64,000 nucleotides of DNA from Candidatus Muproteobacteria bacterium. GTDB taxonomy: Bacteria > Pseudomonadota > Gammaproteobacteria > Acidiferrobacterales > SPGG2. Positions 37,072 to 46,272 of this stretch are shown here, piece after piece (within the stretch, counting starts at the first letter, position 1; every line of letters begins with the position of its first letter). Both the position numbers and the translations under genes were made by a program. The notes under the pieces are model-generated. The model did no database searches, was not told where the DNA came from, and saw nothing but the letters and a program-made list of their open reading frames with translations. The stretch lies in contig QKEI01000055.1 of the NCBI GenBank assembly GCA_003251795.1, forward strand, positions 8,593-72,592. Reading direction: 5' to 3'.

Positions 37072-38259
37072 ATGAAACGTCTGATGAAGTTAGTGTTAAC
37101 GCTTGTGAGCAGCGGTGTGCTCGCCTTGCTCTCGGTTCATGCGTCAGCCGCGAATGATCCGGGGGTTAGTGCCAAGGAGATACTTATCTGCTCTTACCAA
37201 CCCATGACCGGCAAGATATCGAGTTACTTCCGCATGGGAAAGGGGGCAGATGCGTGGTTCAAGTATGTCAACGATCAGGGTGGAATCAACGGCCGCAAGA
37301 TCGATTACAAAATGGTTGATGACAAGTACGAGCCGGCACGGACCATGACAGTAGTCAAGCGCTTTATTGAGAGAGACAAGTGTTTTGCCATTGTCTCACC
37401 GCTGGGTTCCGCGCCTACAGCCGCTGTTATCGATTACATCACATCCAAGGACGTGCCGTTGATCGGTGCCGGTACCGGTGCGGAAAAGAACCTGACCTAT
37501 CCAAGTAAGTGGGTATTCCCGCTGTATCCGAGTTATTTCACCGAAGGGCAGCAGCTGGTGCGTTTTGCCAAGGAAGTATTTGGTGCCAAGACAGTGGCCT
37601 TGCTCTACCAGAATGACCCATCCGGCAAGACCCATATCAAGGGCATCGAGTCGGTGCTCGATAAATATGGCGTCAAGCTGGTGGCCCAGGAGGGTTACGA
37701 GCAGAAGGAAGTGGACGTCAGCGCGCAGGTGATTGCCATGAAGAACGCCAATCCAGACGCGGTTATTTGTTCTTGCGCGCCGGAGCCGGCGGCCAAGTTC
37801 TACACCGAGCGCAAGAAGCTCGGCTGGAACGTGCCGGTGGTCAACGTGTTCTTCGGCAAGAGCCCCAAGGTTCCCGAGCTGGCCGGCAAGGACGCGGTCG
37901 AGGGCGTGTACTTCTCTACCATCTTCCGTGACTTCAACTCGCCGGCACCGCAGATTCAACAGGCCAAGGAGTTGCTGAAGAAGTACTATCCGGAGGAGCA
38001 ACCTGACGCGATCCATCTCTGGGGTTTCGCCGGTGCGCAGGTGTTCACCGAGGCCCTGCGCCGCATGGGGCCGGACAACATCACGCGCGCGCGATTGGTG
38101 GAAACCCTGGAAAGCATCCAGGACTGGAAGGGTAGCGTGGTGCCGTCGGTCTCCATCGGTCACGGCAACGCCCCCGAGCACTTCATCGTCAAAGACATGG
38201 CCTGGGTGGTTTATAAGAACGGCGAATTCCAGGACTTCAAGCCACCCTGGGGCGGGTAG
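37072..38259 (+). CDS. HAAT-family periplasmic solute-binding protein (type I PBP)
   Basis: A signal peptide followed by a LivK-like domain. The ligand is unknown. Confidence 0.85.
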   Translation: MKRLMKLVLTLVSSGVLALLSVHASAANDPGVSAKEILICSYQPMTGKISSYFRMGKGADAWFKYVNDQGGINGRKIDYKMVDDKYEPARTMTVVKRFIERDKCFAIVSPLGSAPTAAVIDYITSKDVPLIGAGTGAEKNLTYPSKWVFPLYPSYFTEGQQLVRFAKEVFGAKTVALLYQNDPSGKTHIKGIESVLDKYGVKLVAQEGYEQKEVDVSAQVIAMKNANPDAVICSCAPEPAAKFYTERKKLGWNVPVVNVFFGKSPKVPELAGKDAVEGVYFSTIFRDFNSPAPQIQQAKELLKKYYPEEQPDAIHLWGFAGAQVFTEALRRMGPDNITRARLVETLESIQDWKGSVVPSVSIGHGNAPEHFIVKDMAWVVYKNGEFQDFKPPWGG

Positions 38260-38325
38260 TGTAGCGAGGCGGGGCAGGTCGCCGCTCGCTTGCTCGTCGG
38301 TCGGCGGGGAGCGCACCGTTGCAGT

Positions 38326-38356
38326 GAGGGGATATGCATGCTATGCATATCCCCTC
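38326..38356 (+). terminator. Perfect 14-bp-stem hairpin (GAGGGGATATGCAT-GCT-ATGCATATCCCCTC): terminator or operator
   Basis: Read directly from the sequence. It lies 67 nt after the binding-protein stop and 154 nt before the MT-I gene, and is followed by TGTTTG. Confidence 0.45.
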
Positions 38357-38509
38357 TGTTTGCCAAGCAGGTCGACAGCCTCCCGGCACTGCGGTAGGGT
38401 CTTTTGGCTTGAGGAAGCCAGGGTTGCGCATGGAGCATGCCTCACGTCAAACAGGCATGGCGCAGCCAGGCGGTTCCGTCGAATTTGTCAGTAATCGCGG
38501 AGGAGCGCG

Positions 38510-39856
38510 ATGGCAGAAATTATCGGTAAGGCGATTCCGCCTGAGCGGAAGCGGGTGATCGATACCCTGCACTTGCGGGAACCCGACAAGGTACCCGTGG
38601 GCCTGTGGGGCACGATCGAAGGCTATCAAAATCTGCGGCGTGGCCTGGGCATGGACTACAAGGCCGACGCGCGCGATTACCGTACGGGCTCGACCAGCTG
38701 GACCACGGATGTGGCCTTTGAACTCGATCTGGCGGAAAAACTGGGTTTGGACTTTGTGCGCATATCGATGGGTCCCCCCGGGGGCTCGCCGGGGTTTCGC
38801 GACATCAGGTTCGAGGAGGTGCCGTTCGACATGGGCATTCCGCCACCCGACGTCGACATCAACGTGGACGAGTGGGGCGTGGTGCGCAAGTGGACGCCGC
38901 ATGAACAGGGCGGCTACTACGAGATGATCGGCTATCCGCTGTATCACGCGACCAGCGCGCCGTTGGAAGAGGGGCTCAAGATCCTCGAGGAGTTTCCATG
39001 GCCGGACCACACGGATGAGTCCTGTTGGAACGACGCGCCGATTCCCGGCATGACGCTGCGTCAATATTGCAAGTACATCCGGGAGGAGACCCCCTTTGCG
39101 GTCATGGGTCAGGGCGGGCGCGGCGGCTTGTTCGAACAGGCAAAGTACATGGTGGGCTACGCCAAGATCTTCTCCGATTTTATCGAGTCGCCCGAATTTC
39201 TCGACGCGATGCTGACCAAGTTGACCGATCTTGAAATCGAAGCCAACAAGGCCTTCCTCGATCAGGTCGGCGAGTACATCGATTGGTTACGCATGAGCCC
39301 AGAGGATCTGGCGAGCGAGAAGACTGCGTTTATCTCGCTGAAGATGTTCAATAAACAGCTGAAGCCGCATTACATGCGCGCGATCCAGGAAACTAAGGAG
39401 TACTACTTGAAGAAAAACCCGCTTGGCCGTATTCAGTTTCATAGCTGCGGCGCCATCCCCGAGGTGTTCATGCGCGGGCTCATCGACTGCGGCGTTGATG
39501 GTTATGATAGCCTGCCCCCAAAGGTGGCGCGTCACTCCAATCCGGCCGCAAAGAAACGCCAGCTTGGCAGGGAGATGTTCTTCTACGGTGGCATCGACGT
39601 GCAGGAGACTCTGCCTTGGGGCAAGCCGGAGGACGTGCGTGCCGAGGTGCGTGCCAGGATCTGGGAGATGGGTCACGGTGGTGGTTACCTATTGAGCTCG
39701 TCGCATCGTCTCGAGCATGACGTGCCGATTGAGAACACACTCGCCATGATCGAGGAGGCACGTGAGTATGGCGTTTATCCGTTGCCCAAGGATCCTCCAC
39801 CCGGGGCCGATATCGGCGAGGAAACGGAAGAATGGGGTGGTCTGAAGAAGGATTGA
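38510..39856 (+). CDS. URO-D-family methyltransferase, second MT-I candidate
   Basis: URO-D-like TIM-barrel pattern with HxC (QFHSCGA) and the N-terminal REPDKVPV motif. It shares the ..EEAREYGVYPL / ..EAQKDYGVYGKYPL C-terminal motif with the 8039-9208 paralogue. Confidence 0.8.
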   Translation: MAEIIGKAIPPERKRVIDTLHLREPDKVPVGLWGTIEGYQNLRRGLGMDYKADARDYRTGSTSWTTDVAFELDLAEKLGLDFVRISMGPPGGSPGFRDIRFEEVPFDMGIPPPDVDINVDEWGVVRKWTPHEQGGYYEMIGYPLYHATSAPLEEGLKILEEFPWPDHTDESCWNDAPIPGMTLRQYCKYIREETPFAVMGQGGRGGLFEQAKYMVGYAKIFSDFIESPEFLDAMLTKLTDLEIEANKAFLDQVGEYIDWLRMSPEDLASEKTAFISLKMFNKQLKPHYMRAIQETKEYYLKKNPLGRIQFHSCGAIPEVFMRGLIDCGVDGYDSLPPKVARHSNPAAKKRQLGREMFFYGGIDVQETLPWGKPEDVRAEVRARIWEMGHGGGYLLSSSHRLEHDVPIENTLAMIEEAREYGVYPLPKDPPPGADIGEETEEWGGLKKD

Positions 39857-39902
39857 ATGCCCCAGCCAGTATTGTCGTCGATTGGCTGTCCGAGGGATAA
39901 GC

Positions 39903-40739
39903 ATGCCGCTGCAAATCGAAACTGAGAAAGAGTTTGATATCGAAGATCTGAAGCACGATATCGACGCGACGCGCAAGACTGACCGTTGGAGCGAGGCGCC
40001 GGCGGACGTCAAAGACCTGTTTCATCAGATCGAGTGGAATATTATCGACGGGGAACACGCTGAAACGCCCAGCCTCATCAATCCCGCGCTGGAAAAGGAT
40101 GTGTCGGCGCGTACGCTCATCGCCGGTCCGATGGCGACTGGCATCGCTGAGGTAGGCCGGCGTTTCAAGATGGATGAGTATTTCCTGCCTGAAGTGATGA
40201 TGTCGGCCAAATGCATGCATGCGGCACTGGCGATATTGAAACCGTTGATCATCGCTGAGAAAACGGAAGAGATCGGTACCGTGGTCGTCGGTACGGTGCA
40301 GGGCGACTTGCACGACATCGGCAAGAAAATCGTCGCCATGATGTTGGAGGCAGCGGGTTTTACCGTGTTCGATCTCGGTGTGACCGTACCACCGGAAGAT
40401 TTCATCGCCGCCATCAAGGAGCACAAACCGCAGATCGTCGGCTTCTCCGCTCTGCTAACCACCACCATGAACATGCAATGGGAGACTATCAAAGCAATCC
40501 AAGCGGAGGGTCTGCGTGAACAGGTTAAGGTATTCGTCGGCGGCGCGCCCATCAGCCAGGGGTGGTGCGACAAAATCGGTGCCGATGCCTATGCCGCCGA
40601 TGCACTGATTGCCGTGGAAAAAGCCAAGGCCTGCGTGCAAGAATTCCGTGATCTTAAGGGAGGCGATCCGGCGCTGCATGCCGCCATGTTGGCGCTGGAT
40701 GCCGAACGCATGGCGCAGAAGGCCGCCGTCGCGGGCTGA
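39903..40739 (+). CDS. Corrinoid (B12-binding) protein, second copy
   Basis: GDLHDIGKKIV (DxHxxG), SALLTTTM and a GGAP loop, with an N-terminal cap domain. Confidence 0.85.
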   Translation: MPLQIETEKEFDIEDLKHDIDATRKTDRWSEAPADVKDLFHQIEWNIIDGEHAETPSLINPALEKDVSARTLIAGPMATGIAEVGRRFKMDEYFLPEVMMSAKCMHAALAILKPLIIAEKTEEIGTVVVGTVQGDLHDIGKKIVAMMLEAAGFTVFDLGVTVPPEDFIAAIKEHKPQIVGFSALLTTTMNMQWETIKAIQAEGLREQVKVFVGGAPISQGWCDKIGADAYAADALIAVEKAKACVQEFRDLKGGDPALHAAMLALDAERMAQKAAVAG

Positions 40740-40778
40740 TTCGCAAGCAAACGTGCCATAACCGTAACTAACGCCGCC

Positions 40779-41888
40779 ATGCCTTTACCGGCGCTGACAA
40801 GACCGTCGCTCTGGGGCCCCGCAATAATCGGCGCCGTAGTGTTTCTTGCAGGTCTTTTCGGCACGCTCAACGCGGCCTGGGGTTACGGCCTGTTTCTCGT
40901 CGCCGGTGCGCTGCTGTTCGCAGGTCTGCTGGTATTTGGCGTGTTCGTGCTTTCGCGAAGTTTCGACAGCGACACACTGCGCTGGAGTTACACTTGGCTG
41001 TTCACGCTTGGTGCCTGGTGTTATGTCTATTGCGTGTGCGCTTTTGCCGGATATTTTACCTACGAGACCCTACAGGGACGCATGGAGCTGCGCTGGATAC
41101 TGTTCGGACCAGCGGTGTTGGCAGCGCTCATCGTGCTCGACACGGGTATCTATCGCATGATCGTGCGCAAGAACGCGCCGACCTACGAGCGCTACCGGCG
41201 CTACATATCGCGCGAAGCCAGCGACCCGGCCGCCATGCGCCGCACGTTGGTGGATGACGTGCTGTTGCAGAAGGCGCTGTACTCCGTGAGTGGTGTGCGC
41301 TGGCTGCGGCATACGTTGATTTTCTGGGGATTCATATTGATGTTCCTGGTCGAGCTGGCGGCGATTGTGTTTCGTGAGGCGTTGCCGGCATTTGGTCTTG
41401 CCGACGTCTGGCGCGAACCAGGGAGTTTGCTGCGCCTGGCATTTGACTTCGCGTTCGACTTTTTCGGTTTGATGGTGCTGATCGGCGCGAGCATGGCGCT
41501 ACTGTGGCGCCTCACGGTTAACGGCACTGAGCAACAAAAGTACGCCGATACGCCGACGGCGGTATTCCTGTTGTTTGTGGTCGTCAGCGGTTTTCTGGTG
41601 GAAGCGATACGTCTCGGCGCCGCGCCAGCAGCACCTTATGCCACAACAGAGTTCGTTGGTTATGCGATGGCGGCGTTGTTACCGCACAGCGACAGACTTG
41701 TGGGCGCGTACGAACCGCTCTGGTTGATCCACGTCCTCGGTGCTTGTCTGTTCATCGCCTACGTGCCGCTCATGCGCCTGGTGCATTCGTGTGCCACACC
41801 GGTGGGCCGACTGGCGAATTCGCAGAAACAATTGTTGGCGGCCAAGAAGCAGGCCATGTTGAGCGGTCTACTAACGCGTCGGCCATAA
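40779..41888 (+). CDS. Polytopic membrane protein with a NarI/DsrM/HdrE-like cytochrome-b C-terminal half
   Basis: About 9 predicted TM helices. The C-terminal helix carries IHVLGACLFIAYVPLMRLVH, two His 18 residues apart as in NarI helix V. An earlier helix carries WLRHTLIFWGF. The N-terminal ~120 aa add extra helices of unknown family. Confidence 0.55.
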   Translation: MPLPALTRPSLWGPAIIGAVVFLAGLFGTLNAAWGYGLFLVAGALLFAGLLVFGVFVLSRSFDSDTLRWSYTWLFTLGAWCYVYCVCAFAGYFTYETLQGRMELRWILFGPAVLAALIVLDTGIYRMIVRKNAPTYERYRRYISREASDPAAMRRTLVDDVLLQKALYSVSGVRWLRHTLIFWGFILMFLVELAAIVFREALPAFGLADVWREPGSLLRLAFDFAFDFFGLMVLIGASMALLWRLTVNGTEQQKYADTPTAVFLLFVVVSGFLVEAIRLGAAPAAPYATTEFVGYAMAALLPHSDRLVGAYEPLWLIHVLGACLFIAYVPLMRLVHSCATPVGRLANSQKQLLAAKKQAMLSGLLTRRP

Positions 41889-41931
41889 GTGCGACAGCGA
41901 GGAAATGGCATAGCGCCAACGGTATCGGGTC

Positions 41932-42753
41932 ATGACTAAAGTTATCGCCATCTACGGTAAGACGTGCTCGCTCAAATCGGATGTCGCCCGTGGCATCTCG
42001 CGATTGACCGGCTACAAGGTGAAACATCCGGGCGAGGCCGCCACCACCTACGCCAAGGTCGCCAAGCTCGACTCTGCCCTCAAGTTGTCTGAGGAGCGAC
42101 ACCGGGCGATTGACGAAGATACGCTTGCCTGGATCAAAACGACTCGCGATCCCGTCATCATCATCGAGAGCACGCTATTGGACGCCGTGCTCAAGGATGT
42201 GGGCGATGTGTTCCGGGTGCATTTACATTCGCGCGATGAGGTTCGCCAGCAACGTTGGCACCGACGCAAAGAAGAGGGCGGCGGCCGCACACGCCAGATA
42301 GGCGATAGTGTCGAGCGCCGCGACCATGACGACGCTGAGTTGCGCGCAAAGCTTTACGGTGCGGACTCCGGGAGCCGCGCTCCGGATCTGGAGCTCGAGA
42401 CTTCAGAACGCTCAGCCGAGGATTGCGCGCGCGCGATTTGGGCGGCGTTTCAGGGCGAGGACGCACTGGCGCGCGGGACTGCTTCGGTAGGCAAGCCGGC
42501 GATGGACAAGAGTCAGCGCAAGGGCATTCGCCCCGGAGCAAGCAGCGGAACCGTGAAAGTATACAGCGCCAACCGCAATCCCTTCGGCGGTTATATCACG
42601 GACGATCACAGCAAACGCGATGTCTTCGTGCATAAGTCGGCGGTGGATGAGGCCGGCTTGGAGAGGTTACAAAAGGGTCAACGCGTAAGCTTCGATATAG
42701 TCGAGGACGGTTTTGGCGGCTTCAAGGCCGTCAAGGTCAGGCCATCCGCCTAA
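41932..42753 (+). CDS. Fusion protein: cytidylate-kinase-like P-loop-fold N-domain (degenerate Walker A) + C-terminal cold-shock domain
   Basis: The N-terminus IAIYGKTCSLKS has no canonical GK[ST]. The C-terminus GTVKVYSANRNPFGGYITDD..DVFVHKSAV....L..GQRVSFDIV aligns with the CspA fold. Confidence 0.55.
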   Translation: MTKVIAIYGKTCSLKSDVARGISRLTGYKVKHPGEAATTYAKVAKLDSALKLSEERHRAIDEDTLAWIKTTRDPVIIIESTLLDAVLKDVGDVFRVHLHSRDEVRQQRWHRRKEEGGGRTRQIGDSVERRDHDDAELRAKLYGADSGSRAPDLELETSERSAEDCARAIWAAFQGEDALARGTASVGKPAMDKSQRKGIRPGASSGTVKVYSANRNPFGGYITDDHSKRDVFVHKSAVDEAGLERLQKGQRVSFDIVEDGFGGFKAVKVRPSA

Positions 42754-42776
42754 CATGACGGCGCTGGCGATCGAAC

Positions 42777-43052
42777 ATGCCCAAGTTGAAGCAGGTTCTT
42801 CCCGAGCAGTTTCTCGCAGGCGCTTACGACGATACGCCAGCGTACTCGTTGCGTGATACGGAAGTGATAGCGCGCAAGTTGACGACCGGCGCGCCCTGTG
42901 ACAGCGCTAGCAAGAACGATCTTTTCCAGGCCTGGCCCGGCCCGCACGAGCATGTAGGCTATTGGTTCATTCTTGATAACGGCAAGGCCGTCGGTGTCAA
43001 CGAGGACCCGAAAAAGGGCTTCTCCTTTCCTGTGGTTGATTATCAGGCGTGA
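42777..43052 (+). CDS. Hypothetical small protein
   Basis: 91-aa ORF whose stop overlaps the LysR start (GTGA). No motif recognised. Confidence 0.35.
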   Translation: MPKLKQVLPEQFLAGAYDDTPAYSLRDTEVIARKLTTGAPCDSASKNDLFQAWPGPHEHVGYWFILDNGKAVGVNEDPKKGFSFPVVDYQA

Positions 43053-43984
43053 CGATGGATTGGGATCGTTTGCGCACCTTCCATGCGGTAGCCGAGGCGG
43101 GAAGTTTCACCCGAGCCGGTAAGGCGCTGGGTCTTAGCCAGTCGGCGGTGAGTCGGCAGATCGCCGTGCTTGAGCGCGCCTTAAAGGTCTCGCTGTTTCA
43201 TCGCCATGCGCGGGGGCTGGTATTGACCGAGCAAGGCGAAGAGATCTACCGCACGGTGCAGGAGATGGCCGCCAAGCTTGCCTTGGCGCAAGCGCGTATC
43301 AACGAAAGTCGAGAGCAACCCGAAGGACCAGTGAAGATCACGACCTCGGTCGCCTTCGGGTCGGCGTGGTTGACGTCACGCATGAATACCTTCCATGCGC
43401 TCTATCCCGACATCCGCGTGACCCTGCTGTTGGTCGACAATTTGGAGCTTGATCTGTCGTTGCGCCAGGCCGACGTGGCGATTCGCTTCGCTCAGCAACG
43501 TCAGGCCAATCTGATTCAGCGCCATCTGATGACCATCCATTACCAGGTGTTTGCCACGCAGGAGTATCTGAAAAAAAACGGCACACCGCTCACGCCGCAG
43601 GACCTGGATGACCATGAAATCATCGTCTATGGTGAGGATGTGCCGGCACCTGTCGCGGACATGAACTGGCTGTTACAGGCGGGAGCAACGCCCGGTAAAC
43701 CACGCGAGCCGGCGTTGCGGGTGAACAGCGTCTACGGTATCTATCGGGCCGTGCGCAGCGGGTTCGGCGTCGCCGCACTACCTTACTATATGAGCAGCGA
43801 ATCCCCCGAGCTGGTACACATCTTACCGGCATTACATGGACCCAGCATCGACGCCTACTTTGTTTACCCCGAGGAGTTACGTCACTCGAAACGCATCGCC
43901 GTTGTGCGTGATTTCTTGCTGCGTCAGGTAGCGGAAGACGAGCTGGCGGATAGCCGGCCGAGTCAGCGCCGCGTCGGCGAATAA
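43049..43984 (+). CDS. LysR-family transcriptional regulator
   Basis: N-terminal HTH (LRTFHAVAEAGSFTRAGKALGLSQSAVSRQI) plus a LysR substrate-binding domain. Confidence 0.85.
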   Translation: MTMDWDRLRTFHAVAEAGSFTRAGKALGLSQSAVSRQIAVLERALKVSLFHRHARGLVLTEQGEEIYRTVQEMAAKLALAQARINESREQPEGPVKITTSVAFGSAWLTSRMNTFHALYPDIRVTLLLVDNLELDLSLRQADVAIRFAQQRQANLIQRHLMTIHYQVFATQEYLKKNGTPLTPQDLDDHEIIVYGEDVPAPVADMNWLLQAGATPGKPREPALRVNSVYGIYRAVRSGFGVAALPYYMSSESPELVHILPALHGPSIDAYFVYPEELRHSKRIAVVRDFLLRQVAEDELADSRPSQRRVGE

Positions 43985-44042
43985 CCATGTGCCTTGCCAT
44001 CCCGCCTCACCCCGAAAAGACTCTGCGTTTGACCATCGCATC

Positions 44043-44300
44043 ATGAGTAAACCGATCTCGCCGCAAATAGGTCCGTACGCGGTCAGGGTGGAGCAGGGCA
44101 AGCGTTATCGCTGGTGCAGGTGCGGACGCAGCATCACGCAACCGTGGTGTGACGGCTCGCACGAGGGTACCGGTCTCGAGCCCATCGAATTCGAGGCGCC
44201 GATCAGCGAGATTTTCTACATGTGCGGATGCAAGAGATCCGATAATCCTCCGTACTGTTTCGGTAACTGCACAGGTAATGCCCGTTCGCGCAACGGCTAG
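44043..44300 (+). CDS. CDGSH-type iron-sulfur domain protein
   Basis: CRCGRS..QPWCDGSH plus a second degenerate repeat CGCKRS..PPYCFGNC. I chose the ATG at 44043. Confidence 0.7.
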   Translation: MSKPISPQIGPYAVRVEQGKRYRWCRCGRSITQPWCDGSHEGTGLEPIEFEAPISEIFYMCGCKRSDNPPYCFGNCTGNARSRNG

Positions 44301-44349
44301 TGCGCTGCTAGCGAAGCTGCGATGGCGGTAGCACCAGGGAGAAGGCACT

Positions 44350-44664
44350 ATGGCGCGTGGGCAATTATATAAGGTGGTCATCAAGCACAACATCGTTTGC
44401 GCTATTCAGCGCATCGATGAACCTTCGCTAGTGGACGTCCCGCAAAGCAAGTTAGAGGTGAGTGCGCAGCTGGCGACAAACAACCAGATCAATGGCTGTA
44501 TCGACGGCGACTATTACTTCCAGGACGCGACGCTGGCCAAGAACTTCGCGGTGCTAGCGTTGGATTTTGTCAAACGTCTGACCGAGAAGACGCTGGAGCA
44601 GATCGAGAACCGCCATTTCGGCGGTGAGTTCGACTGGCGTAATCCGCACCAGGGCTCCAACTAA
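44350..44664 (+). CDS. Hypothetical protein
   Basis: 104-aa ORF, noticeably less GC-rich than its neighbours. No motif recognised. Confidence 0.35.
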   Translation: MARGQLYKVVIKHNIVCAIQRIDEPSLVDVPQSKLEVSAQLATNNQINGCIDGDYYFQDATLAKNFAVLALDFVKRLTEKTLEQIENRHFGGEFDWRNPHQGSN

Positions 44665-44679
44665 TTGCCGAATGTCCCG

Positions 44680-45117
44680 CTAACCTGCACCGAAATGCTT
44701 CTTTAAATTGTCGAGACCGCTGATGAACACGCCGCTGATCATGCCGACGAACTGCGCTTCGTCGGCGGGCGCGACGTCGAATTCCGAGGTCCACTCGACG
44801 TAAGTGCGGTTGCCGTCGGTGATGGGTCGCAGGCGCAACGTGCCATTGTAATTTTTTACTGGCAGCGGCCCTTCTATGATGGTGTACTTGTACATATAGT
44901 CATCGTAGGAGAGCGTCACCAGCTTCTCGCGAATCTTGGCGCCATCGGGCATAGTTAGATTGCGAGTAGCGCCGACGGTATCGCAGGACACAAAGTTTTC
45001 GATACTGCACTCCTTGATATCAGGATGCCATTCGGGTACCGCATCGAACTCACCGATAACCTTCCACACCTCCTCGACCGGTGCGTTGAGTACCGAGCTC
45101 ACAAATACTTTCGCCAT
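44680..45117 (-). CDS. SRPBCC (Bet v1 / polyketide-cyclase-like) ligand-binding protein
   Basis: Pattern ..APVEEVWKVIGEFDAVPEWHP... and a length typical of SRPBCC. Confidence 0.65.
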   Translation of the reverse strand: MAKVFVSSVLNAPVEEVWKVIGEFDAVPEWHPDIKECSIENFVSCDTVGATRNLTMPDGAKIREKLVTLSYDDYMYKYTIIEGPLPVKNYNGTLRLRPITDGNRTYVEWTSEFDVAPADEAQFVGMISGVFISGLDNLKKHFGAG

Positions 45118-45412
45118 AACACGAACCCCCTAGGAAGATGAACCCAGATGGACACGCCGTGTTTCTCCCGTCAGTGTTATGTTACCCCTCAAGGTAAGTG
45201 TAAAGAAGCGTTTCGGTATACAATGGCCCCACATGTACAACCATGCTTGGCGAGCAAGGCTCTAGGCAGCAAATGGGTAACAATCTGGACAGCAAACGCT
45301 AGTGTCTCGCTGACAAGAAACAGCAGTTGCTGTAGCCCATGGACGGCAAGGACTGCAAGAGCAGCCCGGTAATACGCTGGCGATGAACTGAATCGACTTA
45401 CAGTGGGGGGCC

Positions 45413-46270
45413 CTAGGATACCTTACCGAGCGTAGGCTCGAGATAGAGTACGCTTGAAGCGGGTTCGATCTCATCAACAGCAAGATCCTGATACCACTGC
45501 GTGACTGGTCGCAAATTGTCTTCTGCTAGCGCCCGTAGCTGTTGGTCACGCGCACGGGTCTCAGCTGGGGATCTACCCCCGTCGATCAGGTTGATCTGTT
45601 GCACACGGATGGCAGTTTTCAGTGCATTGGTACCGGCTTGCAACTCTTGGTAGTAACAGATGACCGCATCGGCCAGCGGATTTTTTGGGCCACACAGTTC
45701 CGGCGTCGTGCAGGCGCGCTGCAAGAAGATCGGCACCTGCGAATACAGGCGCTGCTTTACTCTGCGGGCGGCACGCAGCACCATAGCCGCCCTCGTGGGA
45801 GCCTTGGTAAGATCGATGGCGATACCGTCCACACCTCCGGCGATCAGGCCTTCGACCTGGATAGCGAACGCACGTTCGACAATCGTGGAGGAAGCGAGCC
45901 AGCCCTCGTCATTGACGATGCCGAGTACGAATCGACGGCGGCCGTACCCGGGCACGCTATCGACCGCTTTGCAAGCATTTTGGGCAGCCGAGTAGTTGAT
46001 ATAAAAGGCCTCGTCCGCCATGCCAAAACGTTGCAGTGACAGGGGCGAAGCCTGCGCGGACTGTGTTCGAATCACATCGGCGCCAGCCTCGAGATAAGCA
46101 ACGTGTGCATCACGCACTAGGCGAGGACGTGTAAGATTCAGCACGTCCAGGCAATCCGTCGCGCCATAGAGGTCACGATTCAAGTCGAGCCTGTGCCCTT
46201 GGAGGAGGGCGCTGGTCGAGCCGTCAGCTAGGAGGACACGTTGGTCTAGCGCTTCAGTCAATGTTCGCAT
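45413..46270 (-). CDS. Degenerate homocysteine-S-methyltransferase-fold protein (Zn-Cys triad lost)
   Basis: It aligns to the MetH module-1 N-terminus (VLLADGSTSALLQ; VAYLEAGADVIRTQS; LIAGGVDGIAIDL). The GGCCGT motif is replaced by DGGRSPAET and no NCG motif is present. The ATG at 46270 lies 2 nt after the metF stop, with GGAGG inside the metF 3' end. Confidence 0.7.
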   Translation of the reverse strand: MRTLTEALDQRVLLADGSTSALLQGHRLDLNRDLYGATDCLDVLNLTRPRLVRDAHVAYLEAGADVIRTQSAQASPLSLQRFGMADEAFYINYSAAQNACKAVDSVPGYGRRRFVLGIVNDEGWLASSTIVERAFAIQVEGLIAGGVDGIAIDLTKAPTRAAMVLRAARRVKQRLYSQVPIFLQRACTTPELCGPKNPLADAVICYYQELQAGTNALKTAIRVQQINLIDGGRSPAETRARDQQLRALAEDNLRPVTQWYQDLAVDEIEPASSVLYLEPTLGKVS

Positions 46271-46272
46271 GA

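Noticed and set aside
45118-45440. A cobalamin-riboswitch-like fragment on the minus strand (GGTAAGGTATCC..GGGCCCCCACTGTAAG) in the 295-nt gap upstream of the SRPBCC gene.
   Set aside because: Only part of the core resembles the consensus. The GGGAA element and a clear B12 box/pseudoknot partner were not found. The 5' part lies inside the coding end of the preceding gene. A covariance-model scan is needed before any call.
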